Assembly (NCBI RefSeq): GCF_006345805.1
Contig: NC_043000.1
Location: 145,018,001-145,082,000, forward strand
Origin: Octopus sinensis
Lineage: Eukaryota
Reading direction: 5' to 3'
Length of the DNA stretch: 64,000 nucleotides
Under the pieces are notes generated by a model that saw only the letters and a program-made list of their open reading frames with translations, searched no databases and was not told the origin of the DNA. A program made the position numbers and the translations under genes. Below, in pieces: positions 39,834 through 54,589 of the stretch (position 1 is the stretch's first letter; each line of letters starts with the position of its first letter).

Positions 39834-39877
39834 GCTGTTGTTGTTGTTGTTGTTATAATCATCATCATCATGATCAC

Positions 39878-39958
<81 letters not shown>

Positions 39959-39972
39959 TAGTAGTAGTAATA
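39775..39972. repeat. Compound trinucleotide microsatellite (ATT, GTT, ATC, AGC, AGT)
   Basis: Direct reading. Confidence 0.95.
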
Positions 39973-40107
39973 GCTTCATAAATGTTCTGTCACCATATCA
40001 TGAGCTGGTAAGGTCGAATAGGTACTGTGTGCAAATTTGCACTAATTTGCAGCAATTTGAGTTGAAAAGAGTGCAAGATATCATTGAGTCTAGAAAGATT
40101 CACCATA

Positions 40108-40546
40108 CGTGATATATCAATAAATATCCGGACTGTTGCCATAGGAACGAAACTAAAGCAGGCAAGGTTAAGCTGCTTGGCACAGATTGACCTTAAACTT
40201 TGCTGAGCACGCGCACTAAGTTTTAATATTCTAGCTCACTTTCGCTGTTTACAGCACTGTTTGGAATTAACGTGTTTAATGTTTGTTCGTCGCATTGACC
40301 ATGACAGAGAAAGTTGTCATGGCGATACTTGCCCAGAGGCCTACACAAATTTGCAGAAAGTGTATGGGGAGTAGTGTATGAGCCGCATACAAATATACAC
40401 CGTAAACAGCAGAAGTGAGCCAGAAAGATAAACTTACTGCGCATGCACAACGGAGTTCAAGGTCAATTTGTGGCAAGAGGCTTCACACTGCATGCTTTAG
40501 CTTCGTTGCTATCGCAAAAGTCCGGATAATTATTGATCAGATTTCG
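40108..40546 (+). mobile_element. Mariner-derived MITE or internally deleted element with TIRs of about 120 bp
   Basis: 40108-40225 is about the reverse complement of 40430-40546 (ATCAATAAATATCCGGAC../..GTCCGGATAATTATTGAT), with TA on both sides; interior GDTCPEAYTNLQKVYGE*CMSRIQ resembles the mariner N-terminus. Confidence 0.82.
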
Positions 40547-43254
40547 TATTCATTTACCATTTCCTTTGTTGGCCTCGTCGCGATATCTATCGCAGCATAT
40601 ATGCTAAGAATAGGATGAGAGTTATATTATCGTGTGACCGATTGTGTAAGGGTATGTGGCATTTGTTTTCTGGCGGGCGAGGGGTATTTCTCAGGACTCT
40701 ATGTGGTATGACTTATATTACTTGAATGAGTGATGGTTATATAATTTATTGTATCCACTTGTTGGTTCGCTTTAATTTTAATGTATTATATTTATCTTGG
40801 CTACATTTTGTGCGCCCAACTATGTTTTATGTTTTATTTATTATTGCAGATGATTTGATCAATTTAAATGATCTATTGATAAATACAATATATTTACCTA
40901 TTATTTGATGACACTAATAATCTAATTATTATTCATATCTAAATATTTATGTAGACCGAAATGTTGAATAATGTAGTTTGTCAAAAAGCAAAATACATAT
41001 TGTTGATAGAAGATTCAAGTATCACTTAGAATTTTCATAGAGGATGGTGAGGTGGAAGTAGTCAGGAAATATATTGCTAATGATGAGCAAGGAAATGAAA
41101 ATAATGATGATGACGACGACGACGACGACAACAGCGTCGATAGAAGAGCGAATCCAATAAAGAAAACAAATTACATCTCCCTTTCTACAGAGACGTTTCT
41201 ATTGGCAACGTCCACTGAACAGAGTACTCACTGGTGTAATGTCTCTTTCAAACTGAAAACCTACACTTATCTCAGTGTTAATTTCAATGACCCGTGTTGT
41301 TGCAGCGGTGATGATTCTGTTTCCTTGTGGATATACATCCATTCGGTTGTTCGAAATAATCTAAAAGACAAGATGCTATTATTTTGGGGTAGCTGGATTG
41401 ATTCCGTAAAGGCTACCGATTTTGAAGACATAGTGATTATATTTCAAGGAGATTGCTGAAACAAAATATGGACGTTTTATTTATTTTCCATTTTTCGACC
41501 ATTCTTTACAAAATAATAATAATAATAATATATAAGCCAACGTTTATTTTCGTTATTTGCTCCTCTCTTTTACTATGTTTAACATATTTTACTTCATTAT
41601 GTATTTATATGTGCAGCATATTCTGGAAAATGATCTATCGAAAAACATCAAGGATAAGACTGAATAGAAAGAATAATCAAATATCCAACTGAAGTGAGAA
41701 CCAAATTACAAACAAAATAAAGCAAAATGAACCCCAGTCAAAATAAAGATAAAGTATAAAATCCTTACATGAGGAAGAACAATACCTCTAAATACAAACA
41801 CAAGAAAAAAACTAATAATAATGAGGGCATCGGTCAGAAATCTACTCATGTAAGAGCATAACCATAATACGAAGAAAACAAATCATGATCAAGGATGAAA
41901 AATGATAATTACAATAAAACAATAACATTCCATACCGTGCAACTATGAAATAGAAAATAACTCGATGAATCAGCGTATACGTTTATAATTATATGCACCG
42001 TATACATTTCTACACACACATTGATAAACAATCATATTAAAGAGCAAAGTGAGAGAGACAGATCGAGAGAGATTGAGAGAGATGTGCTTTAATATAACAG
42101 AATATGATTTTTGAGTGGCCCAGGCAATATTGTTCATTGACATTTCTTAATAAGCACAGGTTCTTCATTTGCTATTCTTCTGGAAAGTGTGTATATAAAT
42201 GAAACGCAAAGGCAGACAACAGCAAATATTGTAATAGTGCTAGATATACAATTATCTGTCGAAGAAGAAATAAAACATTACCTAAAACAATATTAATGAT
42301 ATGAAAACAAGCGGGTGAATATGCATTGGAAACTGTAATCAAAAACTGCTGTAAAAAATATGGAAGTAAATGTTATGCAACCTCATCAGGTTTGTAGTAT
42401 TGTTAAGCCCGTCACTGGTTGATTAAAGTTTCTGATTTAACAGAGGTAACTATATGTATTATCATATAAATTAAAAAATTATTTGCATCCATCAGAATGC
42501 ATTCGTATATAAACATTTTGTATTTTTGTTCTTCATTATATTTTTGTTTGAGAGAATATATATGAACTCATTATTTATCACCTCTTGTCTCTCTTGATAT
42601 ATTGTTTGCATCCTCATCTTATACTGCTTTCTCACAATATCGTTCGATATCACACAGGTTTTCACAGACAATCACAGATATGTGGAAAGTCATCATTCTA
42701 GAGGTTTACCATTTCTTATGTCTCTTTTCGTGTTAATATTTTATTACATTTAATTACATTTCCCTTAATAAATACTTCAACAAATACATTCTTTTAAAGG
42801 TGTGCATATTATGCCATGCTGGAACATACACGTTGACATATATGCCTCTTCAGTCTTATTTCAAATATTAAAATACTAATAGTGGTTTTATTGCCATAAT
42901 ATAAAACTCGTAGAAAAAAAAATTCATATAAAAGGTGGTCTGTATGTAAATTTAGCTACAGTGTAGAAATTTTATGTTTCATAAAATGCTAACTCTTCTT
43001 CACGGAAGTTTACAAGAAACGTAAATGATATTTACATGTAATAAGTACATTAGTAGCAGCCTTTCGTTTTATATGTTTGAATCACTCATTGTACGTGAAT
43101 GTTAAAGAATATGGCGGCATAATCAAATCAAATGAAATCTGACATCTTAACATCTCACTCGATTGTAATTCATCAACAGGATAATAAGGATTAATTAATG
43201 GACACCTATTTCTATCCTCGTAAAATATAAGGTCAGTAAATAAGTACATATATA

Positions 43255-45119
43255 TCTTCTCATCAGAGGGGTAAAGAAAGAACGCTTCAGTTATGAATAC
43301 AAAATCGCGGCAAATGCCAGTAGCAATCCAAAAACCTTCTTTGCCCATGTCCAGCGGAATTCCCGCTTGAACAACCAGATTGCAACGTTGGTAGACTCAA
43401 CAGGCGTATCGATTGAGGACCCTTATCAACAGAGTCAATTATTTGCCGAGGCTTTTTCAACTATTTTCAAACAAGATGATGGTCGTGAACCCCCTCCATT
43501 TGATAGATCGGTACCTCCAATGCTTCGATTGGTCATCACGCGGGACGAAGTCAAACGTGTTATTCAAGGCCTCGATGTCAACAAGGGTCACGGCCCTGAC
43601 GGCATACACCCACGGGTTATCAAAGCGTTGGCTCCGGCCATCTGCGAGACCTTAACACGACTTTTCAATATGTCATTGGCGACGGGTGTTATACCTGCGG
43701 ACTGGAGACAGCGATAATCTGCCCAATTTTCAAGAAAGGGAGCCGCGAAGACCCGCTTAACTACCGACCGGTTTCCCTTACACCAATAATCAGCAAGATG
43801 TTCGAAACCATCCTTAAGAAAAGTATGATGCTCCACCTCCTAAACACAGCCTCTATCTCTGATTCCCAACACGGCTTCGTGCCGAAGAGATCATGCTTGA
43901 CCAACTTACTAGTAATGGAAGAATTGGTGACGCGCATCCTCGATGATAGTGATGCTGTTGACATCGTTTTATTGGACTTTGCCAAAGCTTTTGACTCGGT
44001 AAACCACCGCCTATTACTTGTGAAGCTTCAAGCATATAGTTTCCATCCGGATATTGTACGATGGGTTGGTGCCTTCCTCTCAGATCGCTCCTTCCAAGTC
44101 CAAGTTAATGGTTCGCGGTCCTACGTCTCCAGTGCGAGCAGTGGCGTGCCTGAAGGTTCAGTGCTTGGGCCCTTATTGTTCTTAGTCTTCATAAATGACT
44201 TGCCCGACGACCTCACGCAACACACCCTTCTATTTGCCGACGATATCAAACTGGTCCCTCCTCGCGGTGATATAGAGGATCTTCGTCGATGCCTCCACCA
44301 AATTTGGAAGTGGTCTAACGATTGGGACCTGTGTCTGAACGTGTCAGAGTGCTGTCACCTGCCTGTCGGCTCTACTCCTGCAACTCAACTTGATTTCGAG
44401 CCGGGTCGTCTGCTGCTGGAGAGGACCGATCAGGTAAAGGACCTGGGTATCTTGGTAGATTCCTCCTTTTCGCCTTCGGCCCAGTGCGTCCATGCTGCCA
44501 ACAAAGCACGCGGAATTCTGTTCTTGATTCGACGGTCATTCGGAATGCTCACAGCAGACATATTCCTACCACTCTATGTCACGCTGGTGAGACCCATATT
44601 GGAGTATGGGATTCGAGCCTCTTCTCCTTATCTCCTCAAAGACATACATCATCTCAAAAGAGTCCAGAAGCTGGCTACCCGCATGGTTCATGGTCTCAAA
44701 AATTTGTCCTACGAAGAAAGGCTGAGGACGCTCGACCTTTATTCTCTTGAAAAACGCCGCCGCCGTGGCGATCTCATTCTCGCCCACAACATCATAAGCG
44801 GAAAGTGTAACCTCTCGAAAGAGCTGTTCTTCACTCCTGCTCCAGAGCGTCGGCTGCGGGGTCATTCCGAAAAGCTCTACCTGCGACGATTTCATCTCAA
44901 TCGAAGGAGAGGAGCTTTCTCCGTCCGGGTTGCGGATCCGTGGAACAAGCTGCCAGACGAGATGGTGAAGATGCCGACGACCGCTTTGTTCAAAGCCTCC
45001 CTGGACCTCAAGTGGCCTGAACTCTTTACATGAACACCACCCTGTACTTAACTCCATGTCCCCCTACATGGCCTTGCTATTTGCTTTTGAGCCAAATTAA
45101 CTAACTAACTAACTAACTT
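43255..45119 (+). mobile_element. CR1-type LINE, 5'-truncated
   Basis: GC-rich island; NPKTFFAHV, GPDGIHPRVIK, NYRPVSLT, QHGFVPKRSCLTNLL, DFAKAFDSV, GVPEGSVLGPLLF, FADD; 3' hairpin CCATGT-ccccct-ACATGG (45054-45071) and (CTAA)n tail. Confidence 0.95.
43262..45033 (+). pseudogene. LINE ORF2 RT region with a single 1-nt frameshift near 43707
   Basis: The frame of 43367-43717 (VIPADWR) continues in the frame of 43798-45033 via AIICPIFKKGSREDPLNYRPVSLT. Confidence 0.9.
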
Positions 45120-48100
45120 AAACAAATTCCTTACCTATTCATGCAAAAAAGTTTTCAGAAAAGGAAACAATAGAATTTTGGGGGCAACAACGTGCATTCA
45201 CAAGACTACTGAATGTTGTTGCATTAAAATATATTAATTTATTGAAGGCACAATTAAGAATCCGATGGAGCTCTGTCACAAAGCTATATATCACTAAAAA
45301 TAGCTTCCATTACTCAAGGTCATTTACGATTCACCGTATTACGATTGCTTTGCATATTTTAGGATAGGTGCCTTTGGTTATTTCTAGTGGCATGTTTCAC
45401 AGAATTCTCTGGTATTCGACCTATAAAATCTTTTATATTATAATATTTATCCTAAACCGGACCCGGCTAATTTACTATTTAAATTATATTATCCTCGTTA
45501 ATAGAATTCCAGTATTTTTCAGAAATTTCATAAATAATTATTGTTATATTTCGGAATGGTCATATTGCCAGTTTAGCCAATAAAAACACACGCACTATAT
45601 ATTTATATAAATAATTGTTGTTTGCATAATTGTTAATGAAGAGTCTTAGATTTAAAATTAGCAGAATATGTGGCATTAAAGAAAAAAATTACAAATAATA
45701 CCTGGTCCAATAGGTATCAAAAGATGTAAGCAAAATGAACTCACAAGAAGCAAAGGAACTCAGCATCAATAAAGAATGCAAACAGCTCTCAACAATACAA
45801 TTACATCGTCATATGATCCGGGTAAAACTAAAATTACGACAGGAATAAGGTGACAAAACACCCAAAACACAATCCAGAATTTCCTTCAGAAAATATTTTA
45901 TACCAGACAATTCTCTACGCAAAAGGAAGCTATGCACATGATGTTACTGGAAAACGTTACAGAGAACTGTTGAAAGATATTAAACTCCTCCCGTAGAAAC
46001 CCCTCTTTTACTGCTGAGAAGCCAACACTTTGTAACAGTCCAAATTGTGTTTCTTCGTCTGAACAATGAGATACATTATATCCATTTCCACTACTGAAAT
46101 TATGATACAAGTGTTTAAGAGATTATTCTGCTGATATCCTGCGATTCTTTTGCAGGATCTCCTGACTCGTACGATTCTGCTAGAGACCTACTTCTTTATT
46201 TCCTCTGCCACAGTTTACAAATCAGTTTTTCTTTTAGGTTATACTGTATTTCAAGCAATAGTTGCTAATATTCTTTAGCAATCTTCTAAAACCTATTTCA
46301 TTTTTAACATCCCACGATGCGTTATCAAAGATGTTAGCTCGGGTTCAATTCAGCTCTTTCAACAAGCTTCTCCCCACTCTCTGTGTCCTTATCTTTTTGT
46401 CCTTCTGCCCTAACAAATGCAGTAACACTGTGACATCCTCTATCTGTACATAGTACATGACTCTATACCTTTGTTACTTCACTATACAGTGGTTTCTGTA
46501 TCGAAAAACGGCATGTTAACTGGATCTTGTACATTTACATACCGTATAAATTATTTTAATATGTCGAATATTTCCTGCACACCGTCCTCTATATCAGTGC
46601 ATAAATGTACCTGAAGTGTAGGCTTCTACCGGTCTACAAACTTGCATCCTTCAAACTTACTTTTTTTCCGCCGTTTCCACTTGGCCCCTCTATGTCACCT
46701 TTCAAGCCCATCAAAGCATTTTAATCCCCACTTCTTAGAAAGGTTGAACCACATCATGCAGTTCTTAGAGATCTTGCAAACTTCTCTCAACACTCCTTTT
46801 CATTTCTACAATACCTATGTTCAAACAGTTTCTTTTGCATATAATACAGATTGGCACGCTGATGTCAAAAATACTTTTTCTTGTATTACTACTTTAGTGG
46901 TTCTTTCGATGTAATATTTACGTAGCGCTTCTGCTTGCGAGAATTACTCAAAAGTAATCTATCTTCTGGTCGGATTTTTACCATCGTATGTCAACATCAA
47001 CATTTTACCTTTCGCCATCCATAGCTTTCGTGCGCAATATAGCGATCTTTTTTGTGAGCTTATATTCAGTCGCGGATGACAAGCGGTAAGAACATTTTTT
47101 CTTCTCCCGTACTGCTGTGTCTCGCAATCTCTACCCATAGACTTGGGACTTGCTTCTTTCTTTATTTATTTCTATCATTACGAAATTGAATAGAACTTTT
47201 TTTCCCTGTGTGTTCTTTGTGTTTTGCACCTTCTCAGTGAAACAGCAAGCCAGCATTCTACTAAAAGTAGATGCAACATGCTCCTTTTTAAAGTAATGCA
47301 TATAAAAAGGAGTCTATCCTTTATTTTCTAAACTCGATAGATTACAAAACTTATACACGTCACTATCTGGTACTGCAAGGTATTATATCTCTTTCTACAT
47401 TATGTAATTTTTAATATGTATGTGCATTTCGCTCGGTTAAAATATTTTGTGTAAATTTAATAATATATTATTTCCAAAGGCGATAAGAGAGCCTCACATA
47501 ATTACTGGTTCGCCATAGAGATACAGAGTTTTAATATACCTGACTTTTGCCTATGTTATGAACTCTATATGTAGAATTATTTTTGCTAATATGAATATCT
47601 TTACATCTAAATATTAAGCCACAGTTAGGATATTAAACATTTCCTTAAAATTCCTTTGTATTCATGTTTTCTTTGTACGTTATTTCCTTATCACATTCGT
47701 CAAATATGTAGTTCCGCTAGCATATACCATCATTGATATTTAGGCGATACAGCTAAATATAAATTACATTTGAAGCGGTAAGTCGAAAAGACAACAACGT
47801 AATCATGAGAATAAATAATAGCGGATGAATATGCATGTGCATGTCTGTCACTGTGTTTGTGTGTCACGAGACAGAGAGAGAAAGAAAGAAAGAGATGTAA
47901 ATATGTAATTGATAGACGGGTGGATGTGATATAAGTTACAAAGCATATATATCTTCTTTATTATCGAATAAAATTACGCCCCTTCCTTCAATAGTATGCG
48001 CAACATTTTGCTTAATAAATATAGACTTTTACGTATATATTTCATCAAAGGAAAACTACAGACAGCAGATTAGAACTAGAAACGCATATCGCAGAAAATA

Positions 48101-48714
48101 ATTTGTCTAAAATATTATTCTTCGATTGTAGCATGACTGAAAATGTTTGGCATTTACAGTAGAACACAAATCAATTTAGAGATGAGCGCAAGGTCAATGG
48201 GATTTCAATTCCCTTGCAACCAAGCGTTCTTTGGTGAAATTTTGATTAGGAGAGACATTTGTTTGAAAGATTCACCATTTCCTTTTACGTTTGTTAATAT
48301 CTTAAATATTCCAAACGAGTAGACCAATGTATTAACTTGCCAAAATTAATGAATTAATTAAAAATCTAATAATTCACGTAAGACTCCGAATGTTACCTGG
48401 AATTTATAAACGTAATCGATTATTTGCTGTCATCTGATACACATTTTAGCAAATATATTTAGATGCAATTTAGTAATAACAATGGTAGTAGGTTTATAGC
48501 ATACAGGTGCAACCTGTGAAATGGTGAAACATTTTCACTACTTCAGTAAGAAAGCAGTCTTTATTGCACATCAAATAATTTAGGCAAAACGTATATACTT
48601 TCATTTATATTTGCATATGAGGCCATTCAACTTATTTTTAGAAAATATTGTAGATAAATCATGCATAAAAAATGAGTACCTTACCTAAATTTGTATCAAT
48701 ATAATCCGTAGTCA

Positions 48715-48830
48715 CACGGCGAGGTGGCCTTTGCCTTTCATCCTTTCGGGGTCGATGAATTAAGTACGAGTTGCGTACTGAGATCGTTCAATTCAAGTAG
48801 CCCCCTCCCCCACAATATCCGGACTTGCGC
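48715..48830 (+). mobile_element. SINE family A fragment
   Basis: GAGGTGGCCTTTGCCTTTCATCCTTTCGGGGTCGAT..AAGTAC. Confidence 0.7.
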
Positions 48831-51082
48831 TTTGGATAGAGAATATATTCACTAGTCATGTTTAGGTAACAAGTTTAAGGAAGTGATACACTGCACCAAT
48901 TTTTTTCGGGAAATCTAACACGTAACCAAATTACCATAACCTATATATTAAGAGGTTTTGGATCTTGAAGAAGTCGCTAATAAATCCAATTTGAATTCAC
49001 AAGAACATACAAAACCCCGGTTATGATGGAGAAAAAGGATTTAAAATTTTTCGAACCTCGTCAAGAAACTGAGAAAGATACAATATCTGAGAGGGAATAA
49101 TCGCCATTGTGATAACCGTTCTGTTGCTAAAAGAGATGGGTACATATGACCAAGGGTGCAGGTGAGCAGAATGTCTTTACCATTATTAATTGCTCCTTAA
49201 GTATTAATTAATCCTGCAACAAATGCTTTAGTGTTCAAAACGCAGGTGGTTAATTATCAAGATATTATTTCGAACATATTATTAACGGCAAATTCAGCGT
49301 TAGTATTAATTATTGTCCAGGTATGTTATATATCTGACTGCTATATTTCCTTTTGTTACTATAGTTTCAGTATAAATAATACTAAATATTTTATGTTATC
49401 GGCTTTCCAAATCTTCAGTGATTTATGACCTGGATTGTCTCATCTAAACGTTAGAACTGGTATTTCCATCCTTTTATATCTCATGTTCTCCTGTATATGT
49501 TCATGATTTCTACGTCCCAGATGTAATAAATCTACTCTCAAAATCATCATGTTCTAGTTGGTGATACTCACGCTACTTTACTTTTGATATTATAATATTT
49601 GTAGCCTGAGCTATATACTAACCATTGTCAACTTGCTATCATATAATATAACGCTCTACTCTACATTGTATATTATTGAATTTATCATTTCTTCAAATAC
49701 CGAATGAAGAACAAAGACCGCCGACAATAAAATAATACTCCCATTAAAATATTACTCGCATATGAAAACATTTTTTCTTGTTATGATTACAAAGATTTCA
49801 ACATACAATAGCCATATGAAAATATACTTGTCACATACATCATATTAGGTAGCGTTTCATAATCGAAACTTTTATCTTGCATATATTCCTCATAAGTCCT
49901 CTACTCATCGTTTATTTTATTAACATTCGTTTATGCCTAATATCTTGCACATTTTGGCTTTATCTTTATCTTCTACAAGAATAGAATATCCATACACACT
50001 ATGTGTTTTGACTGTATTCCTATACAGATATGTCGCATATTGCTATTTTTTGTATCCACAACAATTCTCTATAGAAGTCTGTAATGTGTTCGCAAAAAAC
50101 GCCTCATTATTTGCCACAGAAGGCTTCAGGCTGAAACATAAGCGTTGGTGATGATCCTAAATGAACAGTACCATGTGATAAAATACACTGTGCGTTTGTC
50201 ATAAAAATGCTGACTATTCCTCTAGTTTTTATTATTTTATACATACTGTCATGTTATATTTTCCTATCGTAATGTTTCTTGCATACCTATCTCCAATTTT
50301 GCACATCATTATGATTCTATCACTGCTGTCATGTATATTTTTCACTATCTAATACAACGGAAATTCAGACAGTCTAATACACTTTTTAAATGTATTAGTC
50401 ATTGAGGAAAAATTATTTTCCTAAAATTTATTTCATTAAAACATTTTAAACTTTCAAAGCTCAACGTTGTGTTCCAAATGGTGTGCTGTGTAGGTAGCTA
50501 GTATCTCAAATATCTTAAGAAGTTACCATCGTTGGGAATACAGCAAATAAAAACATAGACCAATTCGATTAGAAAATTCTACTTTTCTTCTCAGGAAAGA
50601 ATAAATATATAAACGGTAGGTTTTTATCCCGTCTGTAATGAATTACTTAACACTGGACTTTTACATTAGCAACGGAATAACATTTATGAACAAATTTTCA
50701 ACTAATATTCATGAACGATATATCGAATATTAATCAACACGCAATGGAAGTAAATATTAATTTGCTAATTAACTAGTGTATATGACATTTGTAACTGACG
50801 TAACGCAATGTGCTAAATCACTAACGAATTGCCGACATATTTTACGTGGAATAAACGTTAACGGTGAATTGATTCCTATATCATAATGCGTGTATACAGA
50901 ATAGGTCGAATATTGATTGGAAGCAATTCGTTTTGGTATTGACTGAAGTCTGTAAGAAGATCTTGGATCTATTATTTATTCTATAGACGCGATTAAAGTA
51001 ACTGCAAAGGCAACAGTAACGACACCTACCACTTCTAGAAAAATAAACAGCAAAATCAACTATTAATACTGCTACTGCTTCT

Positions 51083-51110
51083 ATGCTACCACTACTATTA
51101 TTACTACTAT

Positions 51111-51199
<89 letters not shown>

Positions 51200-51225
51200 G
51201 TAATAATAATGATAATAATAATAAT

Positions 51226-51263
<38 letters not shown>

Positions 51264-51479
51264 GAAGAAGAAGCGGAAGAAAAAGAAGAAGAAGAAAAAA
51301 AAGAAGAAGGAGAGGAAGAGGAAGACGAAGAAGAAGAAGGAGGTGGAGGAGGAGGAGGAGGAGGGAGAGGAGAGGAAGAACAAGAACAAGAAGAAGAAGG
51401 AGGAGGAGGAGAAGAAGAACAAGAAGAAGAAGAAGGAGGAGGAGGAGAAGAAGGAGGAGGAGGAGAGAAGAAGAAGAAG

Positions 51480-51510
<31 letters not shown>
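51083..51510. repeat. Compound trinucleotide microsatellite (CTA, ATA, GAA, GGA)
   Basis: Direct reading. Confidence 0.95.
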
Positions 51511-51898
51511 TATGGTTAACAAGTGGGAGCGATGAAACATTGCTCCGAAATTTATGCATAAACATCGGGAATAAAGACAACGAATGTAACATAAAATAAC
51601 TGACAATGTATTGGAGTATCTCCGAGTAAGTAATATTCATTAGAACCTATATATATTTGAACTGTGTATCATCCCCCTCACTCGTACAACAGATGTAAAC
51701 ACGCTCGCCTTATTACCGTCCAATCAACATCAGACGATCTCCGTCTCTAACTAAAATAGTCAAATAGAATAATGATAAATTAAGTGGTAGCCGTATTGTT
51801 GAACCCAATGGTAACAAACGGCAAGTACGTACTTTAAACTTACTACAGAAAAAGTACGAAATGCTACATTTGAAAAACCATTTAAAACCAGAAATGAA

Positions 51899-52312
51899 CG
51901 TAGGAGTGGCTGTGTGGTAAGTAGCTTGCTAACCAACCACATGGTTCCGGGTTCAGTCCGTATCTTGGGCAAGTGTCTTCTGCTATAGCCCCGGGCCGAC
52001 CAAAGCCTTGTGAGTGGATTTGGTGGACGGAAACTGAAAGAAGCCTGTCGTATATATGTATATATATATATATGTATGTGTGTGTGTTTGTGTGTCTGTG
52101 TGTGTCCCCCTAGCATTGCTTGACAACCGATGCTGGTGTGTTTACGTCCCCCGTCACTTAGTGGTTCGGCAAAAGAGACCGATAGAATAAGTACTGGGCT
52201 TACAAAGAATAAGTTCCGGGGTCGATTTGCTCGACTAAAGGCGGTGCTCCAGCATGGCCGCAATCAAATGACTGAAACAAGTAAAAGAGTAAAAGAGTAA
52301 AGAGTAAAGAGT
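51899..52312 (+). mobile_element. SINE family B, full length
   Basis: Head CGTAGGAGTGGCTGTGTGGTAAG, internal microsatellite, tail (GTAAAAGA)n. Confidence 0.9.
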
Positions 52313-52627
52313 ACCGCTACCCTAAGAAAATGATGACCATCAAAATAAAGGACCGGGTGTTATTCTTCACGTCCCACAAATAAAATAAAAAAATAAAAAA
52401 ATGGACAGAATATATTTCAATCCCACATGCTTATTTTGTCTCCTTCATTTTCCTTACTAATTTTACCACGATTGCTGTTTAGAATAACACCTACGCAAAT
52501 TTTATAACCAAAACATTCAAAAGCGATATTTTCATGAATTGAACGGTGACTACTACCATCGACAGCGGGTCATTTTCGGGGCAGCCCAGCTCACCATTCA
52601 ACGTACTACTGTCATGGCACTCCGACA

Positions 52628-52722
52628 TTCTTCTTCTTCGTCTTCTTCTTCTTCTTCTTCTTCTTCTTCTTCTTCTTCTTCTTCTTCTTCTTCTTCTTCT
52701 TCATCTTCTTCTTCTTCTTCTT
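52628..52722. repeat. (TTC)n microsatellite
   Basis: Direct reading. Confidence 0.95.
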
Positions 52723-52963
52723 CCCTACCAAGTATTCCCAACGACCTCAAACCCACAAGTGAGACAGAGACAGGCAGAAACAAGGAAAATACAAACATAT
52801 ATATATTTTTTTTAATTCTTTAAAATTTTCCAAATTTAATTTTTTTCCATACGTAAAGTTGAAAAAGTCTCAATGACTGGAACCGGTACTGATATGTTTT
52901 TTATAAAATTCTTTTAGCATTTTCTATCTTGCCTTTTTCCACAGACACACACACACACACACA

Positions 52964-53037
<74 letters not shown>

Positions 53038-53106
53038 AATACATCTATATATATACGTATAAAAGAACATAGTGTACGTACTTCGCTATATATATATATA
53101 TATATA

Positions 53107-53600
53107 TAATACAAAATGGGACAAGAACGCAAAACATCCTGACAACTAGGTCATACAAAAAGAGGCAAAAACAAATCCATATAGACGATGCAAAAAACAA
53201 GGACGGGTTATTTGAAGCTTTCTGTCCTCAGTCAAGAACCATATCATCCTCGCAATTTTGGCTGATTAATCTTGAAATTGTTCCAATTTGGCCAGCCCCA
53301 AGGAAAACCTAATCTAAGAGCATCGAATGTATACAAAAACAAGGACGGGAAATTGATAATATTGCTAAAATATAATTCAAATATAAATATAAGAAAAATA
53401 ATAATAACAGGACATAGCAACAGGTGTCTTTCGACTAGGGACGAATTAAATTAAGATGGCGTGTGTGGAAATGAAGACTCGCGGCAGAGATACAAAACTT
53501 TCACAAACACAAGGAAGAATGGGAAGAATATCAATGCAGCACGGTCCACGGTGAGACCCATAAATTGTGGGCAGTCTGCGTGAAGGACAATTGATAGATA
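53107..53600 (-). mobile_element. Unclassified insert between (TA)n tracts, possibly pLTR-like
   Basis: Microsatellite-bounded; internal direct repeat AAAAACAAGGACGGG x2; HHR-like boxes at 53212-53235. Confidence 0.4.
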
Positions 53601-53894
53601 AATATATACATATATACATACACGTATATATATACATACATACATCATACATACATACGTACATACATAGGTATATATGAATATACATACATATACAAAC
53701 ATATACATATACATATATATATATATATATAAATATATATATATATACATGCATATATACACATATATACATTCATATATATATATATATACTTATAAGT
53801 ATACGTATACATATAAATATACATGTATAGGTATATACAAAGAAATATATACACACACATACATACATACATATATATATACATATATATATAT

Positions 53895-53949
<55 letters not shown>

Positions 53950-54229
53950 CAAATACATATATAAATTCACAGTGAAACTAATAGAAATGAAATTAATATA
54001 TATTTGTAGAGAAAGTAATTGAAATTGAAACCATATAATAGTGAAACTATTATACCACATCCCAATATATATTTTATTGTTACACTTTTGAAACGCAATA
54101 CCGAATGAGTGTAAGGGATATGAGATTGCCCATGACACTAAGTAAGACAAATTTGAATGAAATATTCGTGTAGTTCTTGAGGTTTGGTGATTTACACATA
54201 CAGACACAAATACACACAACATTCTCAGT

Positions 54230-54470
<241 letters not shown>

Positions 54471-54589
54471 CAAATTGTAAAATGGGAAAGTAATATTATC
54501 AGTCATGATAATATAAATAATGAAAGGAAGCGGTTGACATCTTCCATGTCCTATTCGATAATACATCTAGTGATGTTGTCACAATGAAA

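Noticed and set aside
41052-41459. 135-aa ORF with poly-Asp as a host exon
   Set aside because: Partly built on (GAT/GAC)n, has a non-ATG start and shows no recognisable domain
45600-46900. Possible very old RTE-like LINE remains
   Set aside because: Only a few weak residue matches, not enough to support a call
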